A stretch of 64,000 nt of DNA from Oceanispirochaeta sp. (GCA_963666275.2 CAXXOA010000001.1:2080001-2144000); one strand, 5' to 3'; positions 41,433 through 51,477 are shown, numbered from the stretch's first letter. A program made the numbers and translations. Notes: generated from the letters alone by a model not told the origin.

Positions 41433-42026
41433 CTACTGTACGCTCAGCATGCCGGAGAATCCGACAAATGCCATGGCCATAAAACCGATTGTAATCAGGG
41501 TGATACCCGGGCCTTCCAGTCCGGCCGGCACAGGAGACTTCTTCAGTTTTTTCTGAATCGCAGCCAGAGCCATAATGGCCAGCCACCATCCCAGTCCGGA
41601 ACCGAAACCGTAGAACAGGGTCTGCAGAAAACTGTAATTCCTGATCTCGATAAAAAGGGCGACTCCCAGGATGGCGCAGTTCACTGTAATAAGGGGCAGA
41701 AAAATACCCAGGGAGAGATAGAGACCGGGAGAAACACGGTCGATCACCATTTCAAGAATCTGTACGGTTGCCGCAATAACGATAATGAAAACAATGAATC
41801 TCAGGTACAGCAGATCCAGGGGGATGAGCATGTAGTTGAGAACCGCCCAGTTGATGACCGAAGTGATGGTCAGAACAACCGTAACGGCCATACCCAGCCC
41901 GTTGGAGGATTTGATATCCTTGGAGATTGATATGAACGAACACATACCCAGGAAGTTGGCCAGGAGTATGTTACTTGTAAATATGGAAGCAAAGAGAAGG
42001 ACGATTGGATTTATATCTGGTGTCAT
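41433..42026 (-). CDS. nqrE: NqrE/RnfA family subunit
   Basis: FLGMCSF, LPLITVNCAILG. Confidence 0.85.
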   Translation of the reverse strand: MTPDINPIVLLFASIFTSNILLANFLGMCSFISISKDIKSSNGLGMAVTVVLTITSVINWAVLNYMLIPLDLLYLRFIVFIIVIAATVQILEMVIDRVSPGLYLSLGIFLPLITVNCAILGVALFIEIRNYSFLQTLFYGFGSGLGWWLAIMALAAIQKKLKKSPVPAGLEGPGITLITIGFMAMAFVGFSGMLSVQ

Positions 42027-42634
42027 TTGGCTTCTCCTCTTTTAAGCATAATGGATTTTGTGACCCAAAGGAATGTTCCCAGCAGAAAGAATGCACTGGG
42101 AGCCATCACCATAATGGTCCATTTGACAAAACTGTCGGGCATGATCTGAATTCCGAAGAGGGTTCCGAATCCCAGAAGTTCCCTGAAAAAAGCGATAATC
42201 ATCAGAACCCACATATATCCCAGACCGGAGGTCACTCCGTCCCAGAAGGACAGGATAGGGCCATTGGACTGGGCAAAAGCTTCGGCTCTTCCCATAATGA
42301 TGCAGTTGGTAATGATGAGTCCCACATAGGGGCCCAGGGCTTTGCTGATATCGGGCAGATAGGCTCTGAGCAGGATATCAACAATAATAACATAGAAGGC
42401 AATGATCAGAGTCTGAACAATCATCCTCACCTTCCGGGGAATTAGACTTTTAATAATGGAAACCGTAATATTTGTGAATGCCGAAACAAAGACAAGACCC
42501 ACAGTCATTATAAAGGTATTCGTCAGATTATTAGTGACAGCCAGGGTGGAACAGATACCCAGGATCTGAACAAAAATCGGATTGTTGGTCCAGACATTCT
42601 CTTTTAGTATTGCGGAGGGGCTTTTTTCATTCAT
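42023..42634 (-). CDS. nqrD: NqrD/RnfE family subunit
   Basis: NNPIFVQILGICSTLAVT, LIITNCIIMGRAEAFA. Confidence 0.85.
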   Translation of the reverse strand: MNEKSPSAILKENVWTNNPIFVQILGICSTLAVTNNLTNTFIMTVGLVFVSAFTNITVSIIKSLIPRKVRMIVQTLIIAFYVIIVDILLRAYLPDISKALGPYVGLIITNCIIMGRAEAFAQSNGPILSFWDGVTSGLGYMWVLMIIAFFRELLGFGTLFGIQIMPDSFVKWTIMVMAPSAFFLLGTFLWVTKSIMLKRGEAK

Positions 42635-43239
42635 CAGTTATTTCCTCCTTCTCTGAATGTATTCAGCTGGGTGTTGACAATATTCTGAACAGAGGCACTG
42701 GTCAGAGAGGCTCCTGTGATGCCGTCAACGGTGGAGTTGTCCGGATCCGTATCGCCGGAGGAACCGCTGCCTTTACGCACCGTGATGCCCTGGGGAGAGA
42801 TTTTTTCCTCGCGGAACTGCTTTTTAAACCAGTCTTCGTCAATTCGTCCTCCCAGACCGGGAGTTTCATTGTGAGAGATAATCTCAAGTCCAATAATTCT
42901 GTCAAGATTTTCATCCACAGCCAGGATACCTGTAATTGTTCCCCAGAGACCCGAGCCGCTGTAGTAGTTCACAAGCAGCGCCTGCCCGTCCAGAGAGACT
43001 TCCATGATATCACCCGGTTCGGGGATGGAATCGAAAAGCTCATCGTAGGATCCGGCAATCGCCGCGGGATCTTCCGGAAGTTGATCCAGGGCGGAAAGAA
43101 CAGCCTTCTGTACAGCCAGTTTCTGGTTGATCTCCACCTGTTCCTCTGTAGCACCCGATGCCAGAGACAGGAAGAAAACAAAGAAAAATGCCGTGATAAA
43201 GGTAAATATTACTGTGTATACAATTCCGTTCTTATTCAC
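42634..43239 (-). CDS. nqrC: NqrC/RnfG FMN-binding subunit
   Basis: N-terminal TM, GLWG, ETPGLG, DGITGASLTS flavinylation motif. Confidence 0.85.
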   Translation of the reverse strand: MNKNGIVYTVIFTFITAFFFVFFLSLASGATEEQVEINQKLAVQKAVLSALDQLPEDPAAIAGSYDELFDSIPEPGDIMEVSLDGQALLVNYYSGSGLWGTITGILAVDENLDRIIGLEIISHNETPGLGGRIDEDWFKKQFREEKISPQGITVRKGSGSSGDTDPDNSTVDGITGASLTSASVQNIVNTQLNTFREGGNN

Positions 43240-44138
43240 TTGTCACCTCCTTTCTGTTTAGGAGTAAACCACTCGTCAAAGAGTGAGGCAAAGGTATTCC
43301 CCATAAGAATACCGAAACTTGTTCCTTCGGGAAAAAGGGAGAAGATCCTGACAAGGCAGGTTACAGAACCGATCAGAATTCCATAAAGGAACTGGGCCTG
43401 ATTTTTTTTGGGACCTGTCACAGGGTCAGTAGCCATAAAAACTATGACAAAGAGGATACTTCCCGAAAGGAGAGATTCCAGAGGGGGAAAGGAAGAGGGA
43501 ATCCCCGCAAAAAACAGAACAGAAGAAAGCAGGACAAAGCTGACAAGGCTGGAAAGGATAATCCTCCAGCTTGCCGTTTTTGTATAGATCAGATAGATCG
43601 CTGCCAGAACAATGAGAATAACAGCGCTCTCCCCCAGTGATCCGGGACGGATTCCTGTAAGCAGAGTTTTCAGTTCAGGAATACTACCGCTGCGCATGAC
43701 TCCCAGAGGGGTAGCCGTCGTCACAGCATCCACAGCCTTCGTCCCGAAGGCACCCGGCGTTTTCCATGCGGTAGTCATGGAACCGGGAAAGGTTATGTAG
43801 ACAAATAACCTTCCTGTTATTGCGGGATTGAAAATATTTCTTCCGAATCCGCCGAATATATTTTTTCCGAAAAGAACACCGAAAATAATACCGATTGCCG
43901 CAATCCAGAGAGGGACCATGGGGGGCATGGACAAAGCATACAGAAGACAGGTAACAAGTACAGCTTCCGAGACTTTTTTTCCTCTGGATTTCATAAATAG
44001 ATACTCTGTCAATATACCTGCTGCAAAAACAACGAGATGTATCAACAGGGAGCGAAGCCCGTATAGATAAATTGAAAAGATCATAATCGGAATGAGGGAG
44101 TATACCACTCTCCGCATCATGATTTGTTTCTGAAACAC
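43236..44138 (-). CDS. NqrB/RnfD family subunit (short, RnfD-like)
   Basis: FGGFGRNIFNPA, DAVTTATPL, FMATDPVT; GTG start behind a GGGAGG SD. Confidence 0.88.
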   Translation of the reverse strand: MFQKQIMMRRVVYSLIPIMIFSIYLYGLRSLLIHLVVFAAGILTEYLFMKSRGKKVSEAVLVTCLLYALSMPPMVPLWIAAIGIIFGVLFGKNIFGGFGRNIFNPAITGRLFVYITFPGSMTTAWKTPGAFGTKAVDAVTTATPLGVMRSGSIPELKTLLTGIRPGSLGESAVILIVLAAIYLIYTKTASWRIILSSLVSFVLLSSVLFFAGIPSSFPPLESLLSGSILFVIVFMATDPVTGPKKNQAQFLYGILIGSVTCLVRIFSLFPEGTSFGILMGNTFASLFDEWFTPKQKGGDK

Positions 44139-44221
44139 TCTAAAACCTCCCTATTGAGTTTTATATTCTATATGATAAATTGATATTACATAGAAAATCA
44201 AAAAGTTTTCAATCAATTTTT

Positions 44222-44252
44222 ATCAATTATTACTGGATTTGTAATAATTGAT
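44222..44252. promoter_or_regulatory. Perfect 12-bp inverted repeat in the divergent nqr/rseC promoter region
   Basis: ATCAATTATTAC-tggattt-GTAATAATTGAT. Confidence 0.55.
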
Positions 44253-44289
44253 TGATTTATAGTATAATCAGAATTAAGGAGATACTGAC

Positions 44290-44694
44290 ATGACAGTTGA
44301 TGCAATGGTCCTTGAAATACAGAAAACAAAAACAATTTACGGTCTTCTTGATCAGAACGGTAAATGCGGTTCCGGATCCTGCGAGGGATGCAAGTGTTCC
44401 ACAGGGATAAAAAAGATATCTCTTCCTGTTGACAGCCTGTCAGAACCGAAGATCGGGGAACTGGTTGAAATCCACAACTCCGGAGCAGGCCTGCTCCATT
44501 TTGCCCTTATAATCCTTCTTCCTCTTCTGGTTCTGGTAATAACCCAGTTCATCCCCGCTTTAATGAACCTGAGTATCAGGACAGATACATTGAACCTTAT
44601 CTCCCTTTTGAGCGGTGCTCTGACTTTTGCCATCACATCTTTGCTTGTCAGAGCTCTGAGGAAAAAGGATGCCGTCCAGGTTGTAAGAAAATAA
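44290..44694 (+). CDS. RseC/MucC family membrane Fe-S protein
   Basis: C.SGSCEGCKC cluster, K.GELVEI, LLPLL, two C-terminal TM helices. Confidence 0.75.
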   Translation: MTVDAMVLEIQKTKTIYGLLDQNGKCGSGSCEGCKCSTGIKKISLPVDSLSEPKIGELVEIHNSGAGLLHFALIILLPLLVLVITQFIPALMNLSIRTDTLNLISLLSGALTFAITSLLVRALRKKDAVQVVRK

Positions 44695-44720
44695 CCTGAC
44701 AGGACAGTTCCCGGAAAGAA

Positions 44721-46052
44721 TCAGTCAATCCGGCAGCTGTTGGCGTAGCGGTTCAGATCGACCCATTTGGCATCCATCCGGGATACGGGGATCTTGCCCT
44801 TTTTATAGAGAGCGGGGCTTCCCGTATCGAGAAACGGTTCAATTTTCCTCCAGGACAGCTCTGTTTCCTCGGCACTGACAAAGAGTGTCTGATCCCCTTT
44901 GAGAGCGTCCTGCAGAAGCTTCTGATAGGCTTCAGGCACTTTTCTGTCGAAGGATGAGGAGTAACAGAAATCCATATCGGTAGTGGCAATTTCCATATCA
45001 CTTCCCGGCACCTTGGTGGAGTGGTCGATGATAATCCCTGAAAAGGGCTGAATATGGATTATGATACGGTTATTGTCCAGATTCCCGTCTGTATTGAAAA
45101 GCAGACGGGGGAGCTTCTTGAAAGAAATGGCTACGCTTGTAACCTTTTCACCAACAGCCTTGCCTGTCCGGATATAGATGGGAATTCCGTTCCAGCGGAA
45201 ATTGTTGATAGTCATTTTCAGTTCCGCATAGGTTTCGGTCTGAGAATCCTTATCGATCCCCTTCTCGTCCCTGTATCCCTCATACTGCTGAATATGGCAG
45301 TCATGAATCTGAAGAGCCTTGAGAACATTCAGCTTCTGAAAACGGATATCCTCTGGATCCAGTGAAACGGGAGCCTCCATTGTGATCAGAGCCAGAAGCT
45401 GAAGGAGATGATTCTGAATCATATCCCTGATAATACCGGACTTGTCAAAATAGGCCCCCCGGTCTCCCACCCCGATCTCTTCAAAAGCGGTGATCTGTAT
45501 GGACTCGATGTACCCGTTATTCCACACAGGGTAGAATATGTTATTGGCAAAACGGAATACAAGGATATTCTGAACTGCCTCTTTGGCAAGATAATGGTCA
45601 ATCCTGTAAATCTGTTTTTCCGAATAGAACTCTTTCAGATGAGCATTCAGTTCCCGGGCGGTTTTATAATCGCTCCCGAAAGGCTTTTCAATAATGATTC
45701 TTACATTGTCACGGAACCCCTCCTTATAGAGGGTTTCCGCAGTACTTCCGTAAACCCTGGGGGGAAGGGCCATAAAGACAATGATCTGGTCAAAATGCCC
45801 CAGAGAGTTAACGTAATCATATAGACCGTCCATTCCCCGGTAATAGGTGACATTTTCCGAGAATTCGGGTTCAAGTTCTATATGATCCTGAAATTCCTTA
45901 TGAGAGAACTCGGTCCTTCCGGAACCGATAACAGCACAATCTCCCGCTATGGTTCCATTCTTCAGGAGTTCAATCAGAGCCGGTATGAGTTTTCTTTTGG
46001 CCAGATCGCCGGAAGCTCCCAGAATTACAATAGCTGATCGATTCAGAGCCAT
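44721..46052 (-). CDS. zwf: Glucose-6-phosphate 1-dehydrogenase
   Basis: GASGDLAKRKL, IEKPFG, RIDHYLAKE, RDMIQNHLLQ. Confidence 0.95.
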   Translation of the reverse strand: MALNRSAIVILGASGDLAKRKLIPALIELLKNGTIAGDCAVIGSGRTEFSHKEFQDHIELEPEFSENVTYYRGMDGLYDYVNSLGHFDQIIVFMALPPRVYGSTAETLYKEGFRDNVRIIIEKPFGSDYKTARELNAHLKEFYSEKQIYRIDHYLAKEAVQNILVFRFANNIFYPVWNNGYIESIQITAFEEIGVGDRGAYFDKSGIIRDMIQNHLLQLLALITMEAPVSLDPEDIRFQKLNVLKALQIHDCHIQQYEGYRDEKGIDKDSQTETYAELKMTINNFRWNGIPIYIRTGKAVGEKVTSVAISFKKLPRLLFNTDGNLDNNRIIIHIQPFSGIIIDHSTKVPGSDMEIATTDMDFCYSSSFDRKVPEAYQKLLQDALKGDQTLFVSAEETELSWRKIEPFLDTGSPALYKKGKIPVSRMDAKWVDLNRYANSCRID

Positions 46053-46073
46053 ATGTTCCCCCTCAGTCTCAGT

Positions 46074-47789
46074 TTAATTCTTTTTCTGAATTTTTGCCCA
46101 GGAATCCTTCAGAGCAACAGTTCTGTTGAACACAGGATGCTCAGGGCTGTGATCTTTCAGATCCGCAGAAAAATACCCCTGTCGGAGAAACTGAAAACTC
46201 TTTCCCGGAGCGGCATCCACAAGAGAAGGTTCTACGATGCAGGAGGTATTGATGACAAGGGATTCGGGGTTGAGATAGTCCTTGTAATCCTTTCCTTCTT
46301 CCATTTCGTCCATATTTTCCAGAGTAAAAAGGTTGTCATACAGACGGACTTCGGCTTTTTTTCCTTTTTCAGCCGAAACCCAGTGGAGGGTTCCCTTCAC
46401 TTTACGGCCGTCGGGAGAGTCTCCCCCCCTGGTGGCGGGATCATAGCTGCAGTTCAGCTGGATAACATTCCCTTTCTCATCTTTCACCACCTCATCACAG
46501 GTAATGAAATAGGCATGCTTCAGACGCACTTCCTTGCCAGGCGCCAGGCGGAAGAACTTTTTGGGCGGTTCTTCCATAAAGTCATCCTGTTCAATATAGA
46601 TCTCCCGTCCGAAGGGGATTTCACGGGAACCCGCATCGGGATCACCGGGATTATTCTCCCCTTCCATCATTTCTATCTGTCCCTCGGGATAGTTGGAGAT
46701 GACTACTTTCAGAGGATTGAGAACCGCCATGGCCCTGTCTGCGGTCTCATTAAGCTCTTCTCTTATGATAAACTGAAGGAAATTGATATCCACAAGGCTG
46801 TTGACCTTGGCCACACCGATCTCCCTGGCAAAACGCCTGATTGAAGAGGGGGTGTACCCTCTTCGGCGGAATCCGGAAATCGTGGGCATCCGGGGATCAT
46901 CCCAGCCATTCACATATTTTTCTGTTACCAGTTCGAGCAGTCGTCTTTTGCTCATGACCGTATAGGTCAGATTCAGACGGGCGAACTCCACCTGACGGGG
47001 ATGGCAGGGGGCACTGACATTCTCCAGGAACCAGTTGTAGAGAGGCCTGTGGTTTTCAAACTCGAGGGTACAGATCGAGTGGGTAATCCCCTCGATGGCG
47101 TCTTCATACCCATGGGCGAAATCGTACATGGGATAGATGCACCACTTGTCTCCTGTCCGGTGGTGACTGGCCTTTCTGATCCTGTACATGGCGGGATCCC
47201 GCATATTCATATTCTGATGAGCCATATCGATCTTGGCCCGGAGGATACACTCCCCTTCTTCGAACTCTCCGTTTTTCATCTTTTCAAAGAGTTCCAGATT
47301 TTCTTCTACAGTCCTGTTCCGGAAGGGGGAATCCGTACCGGTAACAGTGGGCGTTCCCCGGGTTTCCCGGATCTGCTGGGCATTCTGACTGTCCACATAG
47401 GCTTTTCCGTTTTTAATAAGCTCAATAGCCCATGCATAGAACTGATCAAAGTAATCAGAGGCAAAATAGATTTTTTCATCCTGATTGAATCCCAGCCAGC
47501 GGACATCCTCTACAATGGAATCCACATATTCCTGTTCCTCTTTGGAAGGATTCGTATCATCAAAACGGAGTTTACATGTGCCTTCATAATCTTCGGCAAT
47601 GCCGAAATTGAGACAGATGGACTTGGCGTGGCCGATATGGAGATAACCGTTCGGTTCGGGTGGGAATCTGGTTTGAACACATTGGGGAACTTTTCCGGCT
47701 TTGATATCTTCATTGATTATCTGACGGATAAAATCGACTCCCTTCTTCGTTTCATTTTCTGGGTTACTGTTCACACTCATTTTCCTCAC
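46074..47789 (-). CDS. glnS: Glutamine--tRNA ligase
   Basis: [37 protein letters not shown]; start could be 47780. Confidence 0.95.
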   Translation of the reverse strand: MRKMSVNSNPENETKKGVDFIRQIINEDIKAGKVPQCVQTRFPPEPNGYLHIGHAKSICLNFGIAEDYEGTCKLRFDDTNPSKEEQEYVDSIVEDVRWLGFNQDEKIYFASDYFDQFYAWAIELIKNGKAYVDSQNAQQIRETRGTPTVTGTDSPFRNRTVEENLELFEKMKNGEFEEGECILRAKIDMAHQNMNMRDPAMYRIRKASHHRTGDKWCIYPMYDFAHGYEDAIEGITHSICTLEFENHRPLYNWFLENVSAPCHPRQVEFARLNLTYTVMSKRRLLELVTEKYVNGWDDPRMPTISGFRRRGYTPSSIRRFAREIGVAKVNSLVDINFLQFIIREELNETADRAMAVLNPLKVVISNYPEGQIEMMEGENNPGDPDAGSREIPFGREIYIEQDDFMEEPPKKFFRLAPGKEVRLKHAYFITCDEVVKDEKGNVIQLNCSYDPATRGGDSPDGRKVKGTLHWVSAEKGKKAEVRLYDNLFTLENMDEMEEGKDYKDYLNPESLVINTSCIVEPSLVDAAPGKSFQFLRQGYFSADLKDHSPEHPVFNRTVALKDSWAKIQKKN

Positions 47790-47846
47790 CTCTTAAGAGT
47801 TTCTATAAATCGGCATCATATCACAAAGGACTTTTTGGTTGAAGTA

Positions 47847-48116
47847 CTATAGGAAATTCTCCCGGGGCCGGCCCTTCTTTTCTTTGACCACTCCAACCCT
47901 GTTCAGAATCACATCCATCCAGTTATCCGCCTCTCCCCTGGTCGGAAAGGTCCTGGAATAGATCTTTCTATTGGATTTATCCGCCAGGCTTCTGTCACGC
48001 TCCTCCACCTGGGAAGAAGAAAATACCCAGACGCCTTTGTTATGAAAGCTTTTATAGGTAACAGAAAAAACATTATCCATATTCACATAGACACCATCAT
48101 CAACTTCGATAAACAT
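47847..48116 (-). CDS. Small hypothetical protein
   Basis: ATG 48116 (MFIEVDDG...) behind a GAGGAG SD. Confidence 0.65.
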   Translation of the reverse strand: MFIEVDDGVYVNMDNVFSVTYKSFHNKGVWVFSSSQVEERDRSLADKSNRKIYSRTFPTRGEADNWMDVILNRVGVVKEKKGRPRENFL

Positions 48117-48133
48117 TTGAAAACTCCTCAATA

Positions 48134-48233
48134 GGTCGTTCCACAGGGCGGGAACTCCGCTTAGAGCACCGCCGGAAGGGCTTCGATTCTATCTGCCCGA
48201 TGCCGGAGAGTTCCTCCTCATGCTTGAACCACC
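48134..48233 (-). ncRNA. Candidate structured RNA or leader, family unassigned
   Basis: GC-rich nested stems (GGAACUC/GAGUUCC, CCGG/CCGG, GGGC/GCCC, closing GGUGGUUC/GAACGACC) between a TATAAT (48244-48239) and the SD. Confidence 0.4.
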
Positions 48234-48339
48234 GCCTGATTATAAGGTTATATTATCCTATATAATCCCGGTTTGAGCCGGGAATAAACCAACAGGGACA
48301 AAACCTATTTTTTAATAGTCGGATGAAAGGACACACAAA

Positions 48340-49296
48340 ATGAATATTGTCTTACTGGATGCGGGGACACTGGGCAGTGACCTGGATCTTAATATTTTTT
48401 CCGAAGCCGGAAAATGCACGATATGGGAACATACAAAACCGGACCAGGTGGAACAGAGGACCCGGGAAGCCAATATCATAATAACCAACAGAGTACTTCT
48501 GGGAGAGAAGGAACTCAGCAGGATGCCGGATCTCAAACTGATCTGCCTCACTGCGACAGGTTTTAATACCATTGATACGGACTACTGCCGGAAACACGGG
48601 ATCGGCGTTGCCAATGTGGCAGGATATTCCACAGAAAGCGTGGCACAGCATACTTTTGCCATGCTTTTCTATCTGGCCGAGCATTCCCGGTATTATGATG
48701 ACTATATCCGTCAGGGACGATACAGAGATGACAATCACTTTGCGGATGTTTCAAAACCCTGGCATGAGATCTGCGGTAAAACCTGGGGGATTCTGGGGCT
48801 CGGAGCGATCGGAAGACGGGTAGCCCGTATAGCGGAAGCCTTCGGAGCCAGAGTCGTCTACTCCAGCATATCCGGAGTACAGAGGGAGGAACCCTGGCCG
48901 GAGCTCCCTCTGGAGGATCTACTGAAGGAATCGGATATTGTATCGATCCATGCCCCCCTGACTGAAAGGACTGAAAACCTGCTGAGCCATAAGGAGTTTG
49001 AACTCATGAAGAGGGAAGCCATCCTTCTGAACCTGGGCCGGGGGGCAATTATCAACGAGGAAGCTCTTGTGAGGGCCCTGGAGCAGGAGAAGATCCTCTG
49101 TGCCGGGCTGGATGTACTCAAGGACGAACCTCCCCGGGAGGACTCTCCCCTGCCGGCACTGGTGGACCGGGGAAAGCTCTACATTACCCCCCACAATGCC
49201 TGGGGAAGCGTGGAGTCGCGGAACAGGCTGATCCGGGAGGTTCTTGAGAATATAAGAGCCTTTCAAAATGGGACGGAACGGAATAGAATTGTCTGA
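48340..49296 (+). CDS. D-2-hydroxyacid dehydrogenase (glycerate dehydrogenase-like)
   Basis: ATGFN, GLGAIG, HAPLT, NLGRG, DVLKDEP, TPHNAW. Confidence 0.92.
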   Translation: MNIVLLDAGTLGSDLDLNIFSEAGKCTIWEHTKPDQVEQRTREANIIITNRVLLGEKELSRMPDLKLICLTATGFNTIDTDYCRKHGIGVANVAGYSTESVAQHTFAMLFYLAEHSRYYDDYIRQGRYRDDNHFADVSKPWHEICGKTWGILGLGAIGRRVARIAEAFGARVVYSSISGVQREEPWPELPLEDLLKESDIVSIHAPLTERTENLLSHKEFELMKREAILLNLGRGAIINEEALVRALEQEKILCAGLDVLKDEPPREDSPLPALVDRGKLYITPHNAWGSVESRNRLIREVLENIRAFQNGTERNRIV

Positions 49297-49363
49297 TCCG
49301 GCAGGAGCCCCTGTTTGACCTGAATCCGTGAGAGTTCAGGATTTTCTCACCAGGAGAGTGCAA

Positions 49364-50749
49364 ATGAAAAAAATAGTAGTGAAATTCGGCGGATCCAATC
49401 TCAAAACCAAAGAGGATATAAGTAAGATTGTCGCAACAGTCAAAAATTACAACCGCCCTCTGGTCATCGTGGTTTCCGCTTTTTACGGCATAACCAACTA
49501 TCTGACCGAAGGGATCTGGACAGTCAGGAATGATGACAGGCATATCCATAAGATGATCAGTTATCTGAAAACCATGAAGAGAGATACAATTGAACAGAAT
49601 ATCGAAGATGAAGAGGTCAAAGAGAATGCCTACACTCTGATCGGTCAGAGGCTGGATCAGCTGGAAAGGTACCTTCTGGGAATCCACTATATCGGGGATA
49701 TCCCCAATTTTATCCAGGATATGATACTGAGCTACGGCGAAAAGCTCAGTTCACTGCTGCTCTCTCTGATCCTCCAGTATAACGGGATCGATGCCCTGGA
49801 GTGCCTGCCCGAGGACATGGGTCTCTATACGGATGGAGAGTTCCGGAATGCCACCATCGACTTTGCCCGTTCCAGCGAACCCGTCAGCAAAGCGCTGTCT
49901 CAGGATAAAGTCTATGTGGTTCCCGGATTCTACGGTATATCCGATGAAGGAAGGGTAACCCTCCTGGGCCGGGGCGGCAGCGATTACTCGGCTGCGGGAA
50001 TCGCCCGCTGCATCAATGCGGAATCACTTGATATCTGGAAAGATGTGGACGGCTATATGTCGGGAGATCCCAAAATGGTCAGAAATCCTGTAAAAGTGAA
50101 ATCCCTGAATTATACAGAAGCCGCGGAACTCTCCTACTTCGGAGCCAAAATCCTGCATCCCAGAACGGTGGAGCCTCTGGAGGAGCCGGGAATCCCGATC
50201 CGGATCTTCAATATTGACACTCCGGACAGTTCACTGATCCCTCTCTCCCTGATCACCTCGGAAACTGAGTTATTGAGGAATCCCGCCAAAAGCATAACCT
50301 GCAGCGACGACTTCTCCATTCTGAGGATCAGCGGCGCCGGGGTGGGCATAAAGCCGGGGATTCTTGCGAAAGTCACTTCCGTACTTGACAGAAAGTCCAT
50401 TAATATCAAATCCGTAGTAACGGCCCAGACCTCCATCAATATCTATCTGGAATCAGCGGACCTGCATCGGGCGGCCCTTCTCATCCGGGAGCTGGGGATG
50501 AAAACCGTAACAAAACTTACAGAGATCGATGACATGGCCATTGTCGCGGTGGTGGGCTCGGGAATCGTACACGAACCGGGAGTCGCCGACAGGATTCTCA
50601 AAGCCCTGGCGGAAGAATCCATACAGACCCAGATCGTATCCATAGGAGCTTCGGACGTGGCGTCCTATGTGGTTGTCAGGCAGGCGGAAAAGTCCCGGGC
50701 AGTCCAGGCAGTACACAGGGCTTTTTTTGAGGAAAGGGAGGACATATGA
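49364..50749 (+). CDS. Aspartate kinase with two ACT domains
   Basis: KFGGS, VVSA, LGRGGSDYSA, DVDG, FGAKILHP; start at ATG 49364. Confidence 0.93.
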   Translation: MKKIVVKFGGSNLKTKEDISKIVATVKNYNRPLVIVVSAFYGITNYLTEGIWTVRNDDRHIHKMISYLKTMKRDTIEQNIEDEEVKENAYTLIGQRLDQLERYLLGIHYIGDIPNFIQDMILSYGEKLSSLLLSLILQYNGIDALECLPEDMGLYTDGEFRNATIDFARSSEPVSKALSQDKVYVVPGFYGISDEGRVTLLGRGGSDYSAAGIARCINAESLDIWKDVDGYMSGDPKMVRNPVKVKSLNYTEAAELSYFGAKILHPRTVEPLEEPGIPIRIFNIDTPDSSLIPLSLITSETELLRNPAKSITCSDDFSILRISGAGVGIKPGILAKVTSVLDRKSINIKSVVTAQTSINIYLESADLHRAALLIRELGMKTVTKLTEIDDMAIVAVVGSGIVHEPGVADRILKALAEESIQTQIVSIGASDVASYVVVRQAEKSRAVQAVHRAFFEEREDI

Positions 50750-51477
50750 AGTATAAGCTGGAAACGATCCCCATCTGGGATGCTCTGAAAGAACAGAGTG
50801 AATGCCCCTTCTGTCTGCTCACAGACAAAGCCCATGAGCGGTATATCCAATACTACCTGGGTAATTCCGCCATGAATCCTGAAACCCGTGTTGAGGTGAA
50901 TAAAACAGGATTCTGTCCGGATCATTTCAGCCGCATGCTCCTGGCCAGAAGCCCCCAGCACCTGGGCCTGATGGCCCATACCCACCTCCAGACCCGCATG
51001 GAAGAACTGGAAAAGGAATTTCCCGGACCGGAGAAAAGCCTGATGGGGCGTCTTCTAAAAAAAGAGTCGTCACCGGTTCAGGTCTTCTCGGAGTCTATGC
51101 GAAAGAAAACCGATGACTGCCTTATCTGCGACAGGGTGGCCAGCACATTGAAACGCTACACGTTCACTGCGGTCTACCTTTGGAAAAACAGGGAGGAAGG
51201 CTTCCGGGAGGAGCTGGAAGCCTCAAAAGGGTTCTGTCTGCCTCATATGACAGCAGTTCTGGAGATGGCGGAGGAAATTCTCCCCCCTGCTGAGGGAGCT
51301 GAATTTTCTGATTTTGTGAAAAAGATACAGATGAGAAATCTGAAAAGACTGGAAGAGGAGATTCTCTGGTTTACCCAGAAATTCAAGGCGGAAAACTTTG
51401 ATAACCCCTGGGGAGACTCAGAAGACGCTCATTACAGGCTGGTTCAGAAGCTGACCGGGAAAATAACGCCTCACTGA
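50746..51477 (+). CDS. DUF6062-like protein with duplicated CxxC...CxxH motifs
   Basis: CPFC...FCPDH and CLIC...FCLPH; ATGA overlap with aspartokinase. Confidence 0.75.
   Translation: MKYKLETIPIWDALKEQSECPFCLLTDKAHERYIQYYLGNSAMNPETRVEVNKTGFCPDHFSRMLLARSPQHLGLMAHTHLQTRMEELEKEFPGPEKSLMGRLLKKESSPVQVFSESMRKKTDDCLICDRVASTLKRYTFTAVYLWKNREEGFREELEASKGFCLPHMTAVLEMAEEILPPAEGAEFSDFVKKIQMRNLKRLEEEILWFTQKFKAENFDNPWGDSEDAHYRLVQKLTGKITPH

Noticed and set aside
48134..48233. SRP RNA or tRNA-Sec
   Set aside because: CCGGAAGG is present on the plus strand but lacks the flanking CAGG/AGCAG loop; TTCGATTC is not within a T-arm or cloverleaf
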